Part shown: positions 1 to 11,673 of the stretch, in pieces | Layout: each line of letters begins with the position of its first letter | Position numbering within the stretch: the stretch's first letter is position 1 | Origin: Octopus bimaculoides | Taxonomy: Eukaryota | NCBI RefSeq assembly: GCF_001194135.2 | Contig: NC_068992.1 | Coordinates: 21,593,450 to 21,628,491 of the forward strand | Direction: 5' to 3' | DNA: 35,042 nt | Notes under the pieces: generated by a model | The model's input: the letters and a program-made list of their open reading frames with translations, nothing else | What the model was told of the DNA's origin: nothing | Database searches by the model: none | Made by a program: the position numbers and the translations under genes

Positions 1-299
1 CTCTCTCTCTCTCTCTCCTCCATATTCATTGTGTTTTTAACACGGAAAGTCCATAAGAGATGTTATTTCGGGAGAAATACTGCGGTAACTGGCCTATAGA
101 CAAGATGTGTAAATTAAGCATGACACACACATAGCTATTGTAATTAAATACTGCCTCAATTGTGTATACCGAATGTGCAATTAATATTCTAGTTATTTGT
201 TTAATCAGGTATAAATCTTCTTCCACATACTACTACAGTGGGGCTGGTGAAAATAGTAAAATCATATACCAGTTCACTGTAGCTCATTTACAATTAAGA

Positions 300-1400
300 T
301 GGAATGATTTGTAAGAACTTTCACGCGTATCTGAGACACAGAAGGGATGTGTTACGAACTTTGAGCCCTTCTGTATATAAACTATTACCAAGCTAACTAT
401 GCCGGCTTAGATTTTCATTGCATCTGTCAAACTTTGCTGTGGCGAGCACCATAGTGAAGCATGGAAGCTTTCGGCGAATTCAATAAGTTTCGCAAATAAT
501 TTCCGATTCTCGATTGGAATTAATGTCCCAGTATGGAACCAGTAAAAGAGTGCACATATTCGACTTCACTAACTTCACATCTTTAATACTGCTGAGAAGC
601 CAATAAACAGTAAAGCCTCTGTTTTTCAAATAATCCCAATGCAAATGGGTTTAATCGCTTGTTCATAAATATTTCTGATCGCAAATCGTGAAAGGGCGGG
701 AATATTGATTATTAATGATTATCAATCACACTATAGCTTGGGACAGGTATTGATTCTTTCCTTTCACTTCCCACATAGCTTCATAAGTTGTATATTATGA
801 CCTTTCTCAGTAGAACTCTTGGATCGCATATCTTGGAATTATTTCAGTTTGCACTTTGTTGTAGTAGAGAGTTTACAAGGCAATAGCGAAGGTGTTTGGT
901 ATCTAACAAAAAATTAGTGAAGTAAACCATCCAGTTTTGGCTATTTACTCATCGAACATCCACTCAATATGTCTGCTGCTTTCTCTGTTAAAGTTGTTTG
1001 TTCGCAGCACTCTATGGCAAATGCCTTCCAGTCTTCATTTGCATGTTGAGAATAAACTCTTACAGACGGGGCTGGTCTCGTTCCACAGTTTTTCGACAGA
1101 TTTATTGAAGAACAGCATCTCCTTCTCCATCCTCATTTTGTTCGATTTAAATCTGAAGAAGTTGATGAAGGATTGGCTGAAGAGGAAAATACCTGTCCTA
1201 AGTCATTTCAATTCTGTTCTCTGTGCAATTGCTTTCACCTTAGCCACTAAGCAGAAACGAATGACTGTCCTTCCAGGATTGAGAAATTCCACGGGATAAT
1301 CCTCACGATGAACCCAGCATCTAACCAGATCAGCTGCTCGATAGAACTCTACGAGATAGTAATTGCGCAAGTGTATAGAGAACAGTTTCGTTGATTTGTG
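300..1400 (-). mobile_element. Heavily decayed RTE-clade LINE ORF relic (linker to RT N-terminal part)
   Basis: Manual minus-strand translation across frameshifts gives motifs in RTE order: TLTEKAADILSG (~955-995; cf. LTDKASILNRW), FQDMRSKSSTEKGHNIQLMKLCG (~770-838; cf. KQLRSGKAPG.DGIPAE.YK.GG), HDLRSE...NRGFT..LLS (~590-700; cf. DLRDA...NYRGITLLS), MVLATAKFDRCNEN (~405-455; cf. MVF..RQLQEKCREQN). Many stops. Confidence 0.5.
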
Positions 1401-1625
1401 TGCATCTTAGACGGGCCTGATTGGTGGCACTTTTATTCCACCAATGTAGAGGTGGGGTTCCTAACTGTCACTGCTCCCCTCCTGGGTAGCACTTACAGGT
1501 CAAAGAATTCAGGAAGTTGTCCGTAATTTCTGGGTTGGAAGTCCGTTGAAATACAGTAATCTCTTGATTTTCCTTGAAACTAGAGCCCTTCTGAAAACAT
1601 TTCCAGTAGCCAATTGCATAGTAAA

Positions 1626-1915
1626 GACGCGTGTTCTAGTGACTAGGGTGTTTCACTCACGATCGCGAGGTCATAGTTTCGATTCCCGAGCCCGGCGATG
1701 CATCGTGCTCTTGGACTAAACACTTTATATTACTCCGCGATCACTTCGACATCTAATGTGTGGCACACCGTGCACTTGTACAGGCAATATCGATTTCAAA
1801 GGGAGAGTCAGCTTAGGTACAGAAAAAAATATTAGATCAGTATAAACAAGCCATCTGTACAGGTTGTTCAGCAAGAAATTGTGGAACCCTGATCTATTGA
1901 TTACGATTGGAGGAG
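1626..1915 (+). mobile_element. tRNA-derived SINE, decayed (related to the 11180-11496 family head)
   Basis: A-box-like TAGTGACTAGGG and B-box-like GTTTCGATTCCC, followed by GTGCTCTTGGACTAAACACTTT. Confidence 0.55.
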
Positions 1916-1971
1916 CCCACCAAAAGAACCAGTCGTATCGGAGGTAGAGTTGCGTGAGAGACTAAAAACCT

Positions 1972-2205
1972 TGGTTTCTAATTTCGACACAAGGCCGCTA
2001 GTAATTTCGGTGGAAGGGCTAATTCAATTAGATTAACCCCATTGCACAACTGGTACTTATTTTATCGATCCCGAAAGGATGAAATGTATTGTCGACCTCG
2101 GCAGAAATTGAACTCACAACGTAAAGAGGGACGAAATGCCGCTAGGCTTTTGGCTCGCGTGTTAATGATTCTGCCAGCTCACCGCTTTTTTTTCCTTTCT
2201 GTAAA
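1972..2205 (-). mobile_element. tRNA-derived SINE family M (central TTTCATCCTTTCGGGGTCGATAAAATAAGTACCAG, Meta-domain-like)
   Basis: Reverse complement aligns end to end with the plus-strand copy at 9141-9356. Confidence 0.85.
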
Positions 2206-2299
2206 GTGGCCAGCAAGCTTCTAAAGGGGATTGAACCGTCTACCTCTCAAATTCCGGCTGAGCGCATTGTACCATTAAGTTAGGAGAACCACCTATACC

Positions 2300-2948
2300 G
2301 GTTTCAAATTTTGGCACAAGAACAGTAATTTCGAGGGAAAGGTAAGTCGATTGCATCGACTCCAGTATTCCGCTGGTAATTATTCTATCGACCCCAATCA
2401 AAAGCAAAGTCAGCCTCTACAGAATTTGGACTCTGAACGTAAAGACTGATGAAATGCCGCTAAGCATTTTTCCCGACGTGCTAACGATTCTTATTTCTCT
2501 ATTGCCCACAAGGGGTTAAACATAGAGGGGACAAACAAGGACAGACAAAGGGATTAAGTGGATTACATCGACTCCAGTGCACAACTGGTACTTAATTTAT
2601 CGACCCGAAAGGATGAAAGGCAAAGTCGACCTCGGCGAAATTTGAACTCAGAACGTAACGGTAGACGAAATACCGCTGAGCATTTCGCCCGGCGTGCTAA
2701 CGATTCTTATTTCTTTATTGCCCACAAGGGGCTAAACATAGAGGGAACAAAGAAGGATAGACAAACAAGGATAGACAAACGGATTAAGTCGATTACATCG
2801 AGCCCAGTACGTAACTGGTACTTAATTTATCGACCCGAAAGGATGAACGGCAAAGTCGACCTCGGCGGAATTTGAACTCAGAACGTAACAGCAGACGAAA
2901 TACCGCTAGGCATTTCGCCCGGCACGCTAACGTTTCTGCCAGCTTGTC
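2300..2948 (-). mobile_element. Head-to-tail trimer of family M SINEs (units ~2704-2948, 2488-2703, ~2300-2487)
   Basis: Three successive SINE bodies. Both internal junctions read ...AAATAAGAA|TCGTTAGCACG on the minus strand. Confidence 0.85.
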
Positions 2949-3349
2949 ACTTTAGCAAGTACCTAATATAGGTCTGTACATGACCTAGGATTACAGCTCC
3001 CTCAAAGAAATAAGATGTGGGAAAGCGTGCTTAAGAAACGGTGATGACAGCTGCTCCTCTTCGAGGAATCATTGCATTCACCGCTGCCTCAACACAAATA
3101 TTATTGGTTTCATTATTTTTAAAAGAGGGTCTGAAATGAGTATGAAAGAGAAAGAATGACGGAGGAAGCGGGAGCAAACTGAAACGGATGNNNNNNNNNN
3201 GGGGGGGGGGTATGCGTGTGTGTATGTGCATGTGTGTGTGCATCTATGAAACAGAAAGAAAAGTAGAGAGACCATGCAAAAGAGGAAGAAGAATATGTAG
3301 GTGTGTAAGGGGATATCAAAGAGTGTGAGAGATAGAAAGAAAAAGGAAG

Positions 3350-3412
3350 AGAGAACAACAAACACAGTCTCTTCTTTTCCCTCCCTCCTCACTCTTGCTC
3401 TCTCTCCTCTCT

Positions 3413-3457
<45 letters not shown>

Positions 3458-3463
3458 GGCGCA

Positions 3464-3494
<31 letters not shown>

Positions 3495-4050
3495 TTCTTC
3501 CTACTCCTGTTCTCCGTATGCGTCACTCATTCCCTTTATCACAACAAATACTCTCTATCGCTCAGCCTCTCTTTTCTTTCTGTCTCTCTATCTCTCTTTC
3601 TCTCTTTCTTTCTTTCTACCTACCTATCAGCCTGTCTGTCTATTTCCATCTCACTCTCTCTCTCTCACTCTTCCCCTCTCTCACTCTCACTCTCCCTCCC
3701 TCTCTCCCCTCTCCTTTCTCTCCGTCACTCCATCTTTCCTTCTCTACTTCACTCTCTCTCTCACCCTCTCTCTCACCCTCTCTCTCTCCCTCTCCCTCTC
3801 CCCCCTCTCTCTCTCTCTCTCTCTAGCACACACACACACTCATCCTCTTCCTCTTGCTCTGTCTTCTTTTCTCTTTACACACAAGCACGAACACCCATAC
3901 ACACAAACACTTTTTTCCTCCACTCCTTTCTCCCTATTTCCCTCCTTTTCATGTGCACACTCTCTCTCCTCCTTTAGCTCTCCATCCTCTCTCCCTCTCT
4001 CTTTCTCTGTCTCTCACTCCTACTTCTTTTTCCCCCTCACTGATTGCTCA
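3350..4050. repeat. Long (CT)n / CT-rich low-complexity tract with (CA)n inserts
   Basis: Direct inspection. Explains ORFs 3301..4062, 3395..3826 and 3078..3494. Confidence 0.95.
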
Positions 4051-4094
4051 TTGACAAACTGATCCTTCCTATTTGTGTACGTGAGAATAAATTA

Positions 4095-4350
4095 AGGATG
4101 AAAGCATTGTCGAGACACTCAGAAAGGTCAGACCAATTAACTTGTTAACATTGCTTGACATCTATAATCATGACGCTAATGAGTGTGCTAATTGCATTTG
4201 GTGAGTAGACGAATTTGTATTGAAAATATTTATGATCGGTATTCCGATCCAAAAACAATTCTCTCCCTTTGCCCTCTTATCAGAAATAAAGCAACGGAGA
4301 CGCAATTTGATGCGAGCCTAATTTTCGAATTGACTTCATTTGCTTCAATT
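4095..4350 (+). mobile_element. RTE-like RT relic
   Basis: LRKVRPINLLTLLDIYNHD followed by FSPFALLSEIKQ...A*FS resembles L.K.GCPPK.L..I..FHDGM...S.PF.I..GVKQGCVLAPTLFS. Very diverged. Confidence 0.3.
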
Positions 4351-4519
4351 CCAAATTGTAAAATTGAGGAATAATTAATCAGAACAAATGTCGGTATTAT
4401 CTTGGAAAACATCGCCTCACGGTTAAACTGGCAGAAGAAGAATGAAAGGGAAAGTGCTCGGCAAGCATTTTATTGAATTAATTATGTTAGCACTGAATGT
4501 TTGCAGTGTTATAAAATTT

Positions 4520-5240
4520 CTAATAGCCAGGACATGAACATAGTGTGCGAGTATGTATGTACGTGTGTATATATGTATGTATGTATGTGTGTATGTATGT
4601 ATGTATGTTTTGTATGCTTTGTATGTGTGTATATACGTATAAGCATGTATGTATGCATATATGCTTGTATGTGTGCATGTATGTATGTGTGTATGCACGC
4701 ATGTATGCATGCTTGTATGTCAGTATTATGTGTATGTATGTATGTTTGTATGCATGTATTATGCATGCATACGTGTATTATACTTCTGTTGTGCTTGAAT
4801 GTGTGCATGCATTATGTATGTATGTTTCGTATGTGTGTATGTGTATCTATATATATATATGTCTGTATGTATGTCTGTACGTATGTCTGTATGTATGTCT
4901 GTATGTATGTGTATGTATGTATGTTTGTATGTATGTTTGTATGTATGTTTGTATTCATGCATGTATTTTTGTATGCATGCATGTATGTATGTATGTATGC
5001 ATGCATGTGTGCATGTATGCATGTATATGTATGTATGTGTATGTATGTGTGTATGTATGTACGTATGTATGTATGTATGTATGTATGCATGCATGCAAGC
5101 TCGACCAGATGATAATGTATGTATGCATTATATATGTATGTATAATGTATGTTTGAATGTATATATTTATGTATTATGAATGTTAGTATGTATGATTTGT
5201 TTGTATTATGCGTTTGTAGTGTATATTATGTATGAATGCA
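4520..5240. repeat. Compound (TGTA)n/(TG)n/(TGCA)n microsatellite
   Basis: Direct inspection. Source of the MYVC/HTYI ORFs. Confidence 0.95.
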
Positions 5241-5413
5241 TGTTTTATATGTCTTTATTTTTTATTTGAATTGTTGCTGTAGCAAAGAAACAAAGCCCCA
5301 ACGCAAGAATTTGGTCAAAAGGAAAACGTTATATGTTAGAAGTTTAGAAAAGCCTTGCATATTTCTACAGTACCACTCATTGGTTATATTTTTTAAATGC
5401 GTATTTTCGAGTT

Positions 5414-7020
5414 TACAGGGCTGAAGCTCTCCGTCAACTTCAAGATACTTCTTTCTATTGCTCTCTGCCTACCAACCCCACGTCTACCTACCAACGGACT
5501 GTATCCTCCACTATTCATGACCTACAGCCTCATTTTTCCCTCGCACCCCCATTATTTACTTCCTTCCCAAAATTCACAAGCCCAACAACCCTGGCCGCCC
5601 CGTCGTTTCCGCCCTGCAATTGCCCCACTGAAATGATCTCCAAATACCTCGATCGTATCCTTGCCTCCCTGGTGGCTTCCCTCCCCTCACACATTCATGC
5701 CACTAATCATGTTTTCCGTCTTCTGGCCCCTTTCGAAATTAAGTCTCTGTATACGGTGATCCCACACAACGAAGGCTTTCTCGCACTTAAACATTTCCTT
5801 GACCTTCAGCCCGACCCTCAACCTGACACCTCCACACTTCTTCGTCTGGCCGAACTTCTCTCTTCCAACTGCTTCTCGTTCGCGGGGGAGTTTTAGTAAC
5901 AGGCCTAGGGACTGGTCATGAGAACGAGAATGGGCCCCAACTATGCGAACCTGTTCGTTGCCTTTGTTGAAGCCCAAATATTCTCACAATTCACTGGTCC
6001 TACTCCCGAGCTATACAGTCGTTATATCGATAACTGTATCAGCGCGACCTCACTCTCCTGCGAACATCTGGTCTCTTTTTTCTCCTTTGTCTAATCCTTC
6101 CATCCTGCCCTCGAATTACCCTGCACTATCTCTAGCGCTTCTTCTAATTCTCCTGCACTTCTCTAACTCTAACTCGAATTTCTCGACATTCTGTCAGTAT
6201 ACACCACTCCGCTCTCACCACCTCCATCCACTACAAACACACTGACTCACACTCCTACCTTAACTTCTCCTCCTCCCACCCTACACACACCAAGCTCTCC
6301 ATCCCCTACCAATTCCTCCGTCTACGCAGACTCTACAGTGATAACTATGACTTTGAGACTCAGTTTCAATTCATGGCTCGCCACTTCAATGTACGTGGAT
6401 ATCCTCTCACCATTATCCACACTACCCTTGCCCGGGAACGATCTGTGGTCCGTGCGTCTGCTCTTTCTCCTCACACTTGCCCCACCCTTAGCTGACTCCC
6501 GTTTCCCATTACCTCTCCATTCTACTCCTCCAGCGCACCATTCTCCAAGTCCAACCCCTCCACCTCACACATCTTCCCTAATTTACCCCTTCCCTCCTCA
6601 AATGAGCCCATAAACTTCATTACCCCCGGTCCACAGTTTCTTTCCTACCTCTTCTACCTCTTATCCTGGCTCCTTTCCCTGCCCTTGCTCATGCTGTCAC
6701 ACCCACCCCTACCACTCAACACCCCACCATCCTCACTGGCACCCATCACCGACTCCTTTACCGGCACCTCTAGTAATGTGATTTGCTGCATCTCCTGCTT
6801 TCTCTGTCAAACCGGGCGCCGCCTGGGTGACCTGTTCGCTGAGCACCTCTGAGACATCAAACTCGGCAATGTCACCCTGATCTCGCGCCACTTCCGCTCT
6901 ACCGGTCATTCGTTACAGTATCTGATTGTATTCGGACAGAGGTCACCCGGATCCCGCCTTCGCCGTGAACAAGAATTAATCTTCTCTCTTCGTTCCTTTG
7001 CGCCGTATGGGCTCAACTCA
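5414..7020 (+). mobile_element. Penelope-like retroelement (Neptune/Poseidon-type), RT + GIY-YIG endonuclease, 5'-truncated and disabled
   Basis: Ordered motifs across frameshifts: YRAEALRQLQDTSFY (5414), YFLPKIHKPNNPGRPVVSA (5557-5613), CPTEMISKYLD, KSLYTVIPHNEG, RMGPNYANLFV, YIDNC (6023-6037), HYKHTDSHSYL (6229-6261), FLRLRRLYS, PGSFPC..CC, SSNVICCISC..C, QTGRRLGDLFAEHL, RHF..TGH, RREQELIF.L....PYGLN. Contains stops and deletions. Confidence 0.93.
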
Positions 7021-7466
7021 CTATCACTGTATGTGTGCAGAATGTGGAGTCACTGCATGTGCAAATTTCTGTTTTGTTTTATGAATTAATTACATGTCTA
7101 GACATGAGCGTATATACTCAAATATTAAACTTCTGAATAGTTTTATAATTTTTTACACTACCATTGATGGCTTGAATTTGTAATCTTCTAATGTATGTAT
7201 GTATGTATGTATGTATGTGTGTATTTATGTGTGTATGTATGTTTTTTTTATTTTATTAATTTAGAATAAATCTTCTCAGGTCAGCTGCTTGATAGCAAAG
7301 TTTCGAAGGAAAGCATCTTCTTTTGTTCATTATCCTTTAAATTTTAAGAAGGTGGTGCAGATTTCTGTAGCCCCAGATATCGTGATCATTTGTAATGTAT
7401 GAATTAAGAATTTGCGTTATTTATGGATAGATGGATGGATGGATGGATGGATGGATATTTGTATAA

Positions 7467-7885
7467 GGATTTGTGGTAAGAAGTTTTCTTCCCAACTGCA
7501 CGGTTCCGGGTTCAGTCTCATTGTGTAACGCATTCGGTTAGTGCCGTCTACAATATTACCGGGCTGACCAAAACCTTGTAAGTGGATTTGGTAGACGGAA
7601 ACTGAAAGAAGCCTGTCGTACATGAGTGTGGGTGTATGGTGAGAGTGGGGGTATGTAGGTGTTGGTGTGTGTGTGGGGGGGGGCTATGCTTATGTTTGTC
7701 CTACACCACCCATTGACAACCAATGTTGAATTGTTTACCTTCTCGTAACTTAGCGCCTCGACAAAAAGAAAATGACAGGATAAGTACCAGACTTTAGGAA
7801 AAATACATAGGTAGTGGGATCGACTTCTTTGACTAAACTATTCAAGGCGGTACTCCAGCATGGCCGCAGTGAGATAAACGAAAAT
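7467..7885 (+). mobile_element. tRNA-derived SINE family A (CORE-like CACCTTGGGCAAGTGTCTT segment, internal microsatellite linker), diverged full-length copy
   Basis: Aligns with the 32433-32849 copy: GGTTCCGGGTTCAGT, GTGGATTTGGTAGACGGAAACTGAAAGAAGCC, GGCGGTACTCCAGCATGGCCGCAG. Confidence 0.85.
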
Positions 7886-8109
7886 TTAAGTTCTATTCTA
7901 TTCTTAACTCTTTAAGTTCTTCCAGTAAAAGAGGAGCTGGCTTCTGACAAAAATACAAAGCTACATCGTTGGAATGTTGATGAGAGAAATAACATCGCAT
8001 TTTGAAATTGAGAAATGTCTTACATATTTTTACTGTTCCGCTTCAAAACTGTATTTGTAATGCACGGATTAGCTGGATGATGCATTCATGCATGAATGAA
8101 TGATTAGGA

Positions 8110-8308
8110 GCTTATGTTTTTATGTATGTATGTATGTGTGTATGTATGTATGTACGTGTGTGCGTATGTACGTATGTATGTATGTGTGTGTGTACGTGTG
8201 TGTGTATGTCTGTACGTATGTAAGTATGTTTGTATGTATGTATGCATGTGTGTGTATTCAGGTGTGTATGGGATTTACCTACTTTTTCCCAGACAAAACA
8301 TTAGTACT

Positions 8309-8351
<43 letters not shown>

Positions 8352-8444
8352 TTTCGGCAAAACAATGTGGCCTGTTAATACTTATAGACGCAAATACACA
8401 CACACACACACACAATCACAATACATACCTACATATATATGTGT

Positions 8445-8510
<66 letters not shown>
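8110..8510. repeat. (TGTA)n, (CT)n, (CA)n and (TG)n microsatellite cluster
   Basis: Direct inspection. Confidence 0.95.
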
Positions 8511-8511
<1 letters not shown>

Positions 8512-9140
8512 CATATCATTACATTAATATCAACATCACGTTATTATAGTTCTTGATTTTCTTTTCTTTTTTTTTTTTGTTTTGGCACAGAATTAGAAAC
8601 TAGACTTTCTAAATTGTTTCTTTACAATTCTGCTAGATTCTTCGACAATATATTCCTTTCGATTAATGTAACATAGAATCCCAACGTAAAACTTTTACCT
8701 TCATTAACAATTTATTATTTTTATCTCCATAGGTAAATTCTAATGACGAAGCCGAGGGCTAAAATTCGCCAGACCAGTTAAGCATTCATCTTAGCAGACG
8801 TTCTATTCTAGGTAAAATAGCTCCAGGGAAATACTTGAAGCATAAGGATGATGATTATTTATTCGCGCAAATCTACTCGCACAATGTAGATACACAGTTA
8901 CGCAATACACACACAAACACACACGGAAACACTTACATACACATACAAACAGGTACCCATACAAAAAACATACAAGCATACACAGTCGTGTATGTCTACG
9001 TGAATTGCCTATGCGTGGTTTGCTTATGTGTTTGTTAGCATCTTGTTCTTGAACTATGAAAATGAACAGCCATAAATCCATATGTAGTATTACTCACCAT
9101 CTTTCGCTGAAAGTGTGTATAATATTTAATTCGGTATATA

Positions 9141-9356
9141 GCGTGGCGAGCTGGCAGAAACGTTAGCACGCCGGGCGAAATGCTTAGCGGTATTTCGTCT
9201 GTCTTTACGTTCTGAGTTCAAATTCTGCCGAGGTCGACTTTGCCTTTCATCTTTTCGGGGTCGCTAAATTAAGCACCAGTTGCGTACTGGGGATTCATCT
9301 TGTCGACTGCGCCCCCTCCACAAAAGTTTCAAGGTTTTGTACCTAGAGTAGAAAAG
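9141..9356 (+). mobile_element. Family M SINE, full length, with 20-bp target-site duplication
   Basis: B box GAGTTCAAATTC. AATATTTAATTCGGTATATA occurs at both 9121-9140 and 9357-9376. Confidence 0.92.
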
Positions 9357-9900
9357 AATATTTAATTCGGTATATACAACAGTAGTCTCTTAGTATTCAA
9401 GCTTTCAATATTCGTAACTGTTCAAAATTGTAAACATTTTTCTTACAAATACATTATTTTCTTTCATTTTTTTTTTTTTTTTTTCGCTTCTGAAATCCAT
9501 CTGATGTATCATAACATATCAGTTTATATGGAATAAAGCAACAAGGCGCGGCCGTTTGGACGCTGGTAATTCTGTTTTCGTAACAGAACCTTTTGGCACT
9601 GATGACAAACATACCAAAGGGCGTAGGAATATACACATGGAGATAGAAAGAGTGAGAGAGAAAGAGAACATCACTACACATACAAACATAGCTAGATAGT
9701 CACACACATAAATAGAAAGAGAGAGAGCAGGAAGCAGAGAGACCGAGAGAAACGCTAAAACATCTCATCAGTTAGCTGTGATGAGACTGTAATCAGACAT
9801 TTTTGCACATTTTCAAATTTATATAGACATTCGTAACTTTGATAGAACAGACAGTATCAAGAGACCTCGGTATGATAGTATAATATTGTATTATTATTAT

Positions 9901-9937
<37 letters not shown>

Positions 9938-9944
9938 TCGCAAG

Positions 9945-10102
9945 GAGGCGGGCTGTCAGAAACGTTAGCTGTCAGAAACGTTAGCACGCCGGACGAAATG
10001 CTTAGCGGTATTTCGTCTGCCTTTACGTTCTGAGTTCAAATTCCGCCGAGGTCGACTTTGCCTTTCATCCTTTCGGGGTCGATATATTAAGTACCAGTTA
10101 CG
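9945..10102 (+). mobile_element. Family M SINE, 3'-truncated, with 16-bp tandem duplication in the head
   Basis: Close match to 9141-9356. GCTGTCAGAAACGTTA occurs twice (9952-9983). Confidence 0.9.
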
Positions 10103-10379
10103 AACATTTAGACGATACAAAGGTGGACAAGAGAAACAACAATTAGAAGGACAGAAGTCACGACCATTTTGGATCTATACATATATATATATATTATTCA
10201 TTTAAAATGCAGAGATGCCTTTAATAGGACATCTACTCGCTAGAAATAGCAGCAAAAGACTACATACCACAAAAAATTAGGGATAATTTCGAAAGGAAAT
10301 GAAAAATAAAAACTTTTACCAATCTATATTCTGTACCATGGTATCAAGTCAATTTTAGTAAGATAAAGATTATATATCT

Positions 10380-10600
10380 TACAAGGTCTGACTATCGTCA
10401 ACAGAAATGACCAGACAACATATGAAGCACGAGTCAATAAGCAGCATGGTTCGTGTTCCTATGTCTAATTTTTCAAAATATACCGCGTATTTGCGGTTTA
10501 CCTAATCGGCAGCAAATACAAAAATGCCGAAATTCCTTCAGAAAATCATCCAAAAAGAATTTTATCATTATTAATAAATTATAGGGTAGCAAAAAAAAAT
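10380..10600 (+). mobile_element. Possible RTE C-terminal relic
   Basis: EARVNK...FKIYRVFAVYLIGSK...ENHPKRIL resembles ARIAK...LKVYRAVVL..LLYGSE...FH.RCLR.IL. Weak. Confidence 0.25.
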
Positions 10601-10686
10601 TTTAGAAATTTTATTTACCACCAGTGGTCTAGCGAGAGTAAAAAAAACAGTCAATAGACTATGTATATATATATATATATATATAT

Positions 10687-10848
10687 ATGACGGGCTCCTT
10701 TCAGTTTCTGTCAACCAAATCCATTCACAAGGCTCTGGTCGGCCCGATACTATAGTAAAAGGGACTTGCCCCAAGGTGCCACACAGTGGGACTGAACCCG
10801 AAACCATGTGGTTGGGAAGCAAGCTTCTTACCACAAAACCACGCCTGC
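10687..10848 (-). mobile_element. Family A SINE, head plus CORE-like part, ending in (TA)n linker
   Basis: Reverse complement of the 32433-32585 segment. Confidence 0.88.
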
Positions 10849-10934
10849 AGCTATGGTAAGTTTCTGTTGATTAAAAATAACATTAAAAACATATATATGT
10901 GTGTGGTGGGGTGTTTATTATTTATACATACATG

Positions 10935-11160
10935 AGGTGGTGTGCTGACAGCATCAGTAGCGCGCGCCGGACAAAATGCTTAGCAGCATTTCTTCCGATT
11001 TGACGTTCTGTTCAAATGCTGGCACAGTCGACTTTGCTCTTCATTTTTTTCGGATGTTTTTATGCGGCTGTGCATTTCATTTGAGGACTGGGGACGATAC
11101 AATGGACTTACCTACTTCCCCGAAATTGCTGGTCTTAGGCCAAAATTCGAAACCATTTTT
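10935..11160 (+). mobile_element. Family M SINE, diverged
   Basis: AAAATGCTTAGCAGCATTTC...GTTCAAAT...GTCGACTTTGC...GGCCAAAATTCGAAACC. Confidence 0.75.
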
Positions 11161-11179
11161 TTAATACATACTTGAAGAC

Positions 11180-11496
11180 CCCCTTCGGTCATGAATGACC
11201 ATGAGATTGCACATAGAAAGTTTCCCTCCGAGGCACAAGTCTGGACAAGGTTGTTTTATGGAAGACCAACAGTGACGCATCCACACCAATGATGGTATCC
11301 AAGAAAAAGGTAAACGCCGATACTGCCTGGCACCAGTGACATCGCAATTCATTTCTACAGCTGAGTGAACTGGAGCAACGTGAAATGAACTGTCTTGCTC
11401 AAGAACAAAACACAACACTCAGCCTGATCCGGAAATCGAACTCACTACCTCATGACTGTGAGCCCGACGCTCAAACCACTGAGCTATGTGCCTTCA
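11180..11496 (-). mobile_element. tRNA-derived SINE family V (GTGTTTTGTTCTTGAGCAAGACA...GCTCCAGTTCACTCAGCTGTAGAAATGA)
   Basis: Minus-strand A box TAGCTCAGTGG, B-box-like GTTCGATTTCC, then a V/CORE-type central block. A related copy lies at 18200-18425. Confidence 0.8.
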
Positions 11497-11555
11497 TTAT
11501 GTATGTACATACATATTCACATATGTAAGAATACGCACATAAGTACACACACACA

Positions 11556-11595
<40 letters not shown>

Positions 11596-11629
11596 CACAC
11601 AGGCATTTATAAATATTGCATTCACACGG

Positions 11630-11673
<44 letters not shown>

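Noticed and set aside
937-1299. 120-aa plus-strand ORF
   Set aside because: Antisense to the decayed RTE relic, with no recognisable domain.
2480-2948. Repeat-spacer-like periodicity suggestive of a CRISPR array
   Set aside because: Units are ~220-245-bp SINE bodies without unique spacers, in a eukaryotic context with no cas genes.
3078-5179. Long ORFs rich in SL, MYVC, HTYI repeats (also at 8.1, 13.5-14.2, 22-25 and 29.7 kb) and X-filled ORFs
   Set aside because: Stop-free microsatellite frames and N gaps, not genes.
9098-9106. Possible 9-nt minus-strand microexon (TTTCAG|CGAAAGATG|GTGAGT)
   Set aside because: No host gene identified. Such short AG...GT pairs arise by chance in 35 kb.
4170-10448. 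Plus-strand exon pair 4170-4200 (MTLMSVLIAF, GTGAGT donor) and 10386-10448 (GLTIVNRNDQTTYEARVNKQH)
   Set aside because: Both lie in weak RTE-like relics. Brief resemblance to Dcp1 or ALPK1 peptides does not extend and is best treated as chance.
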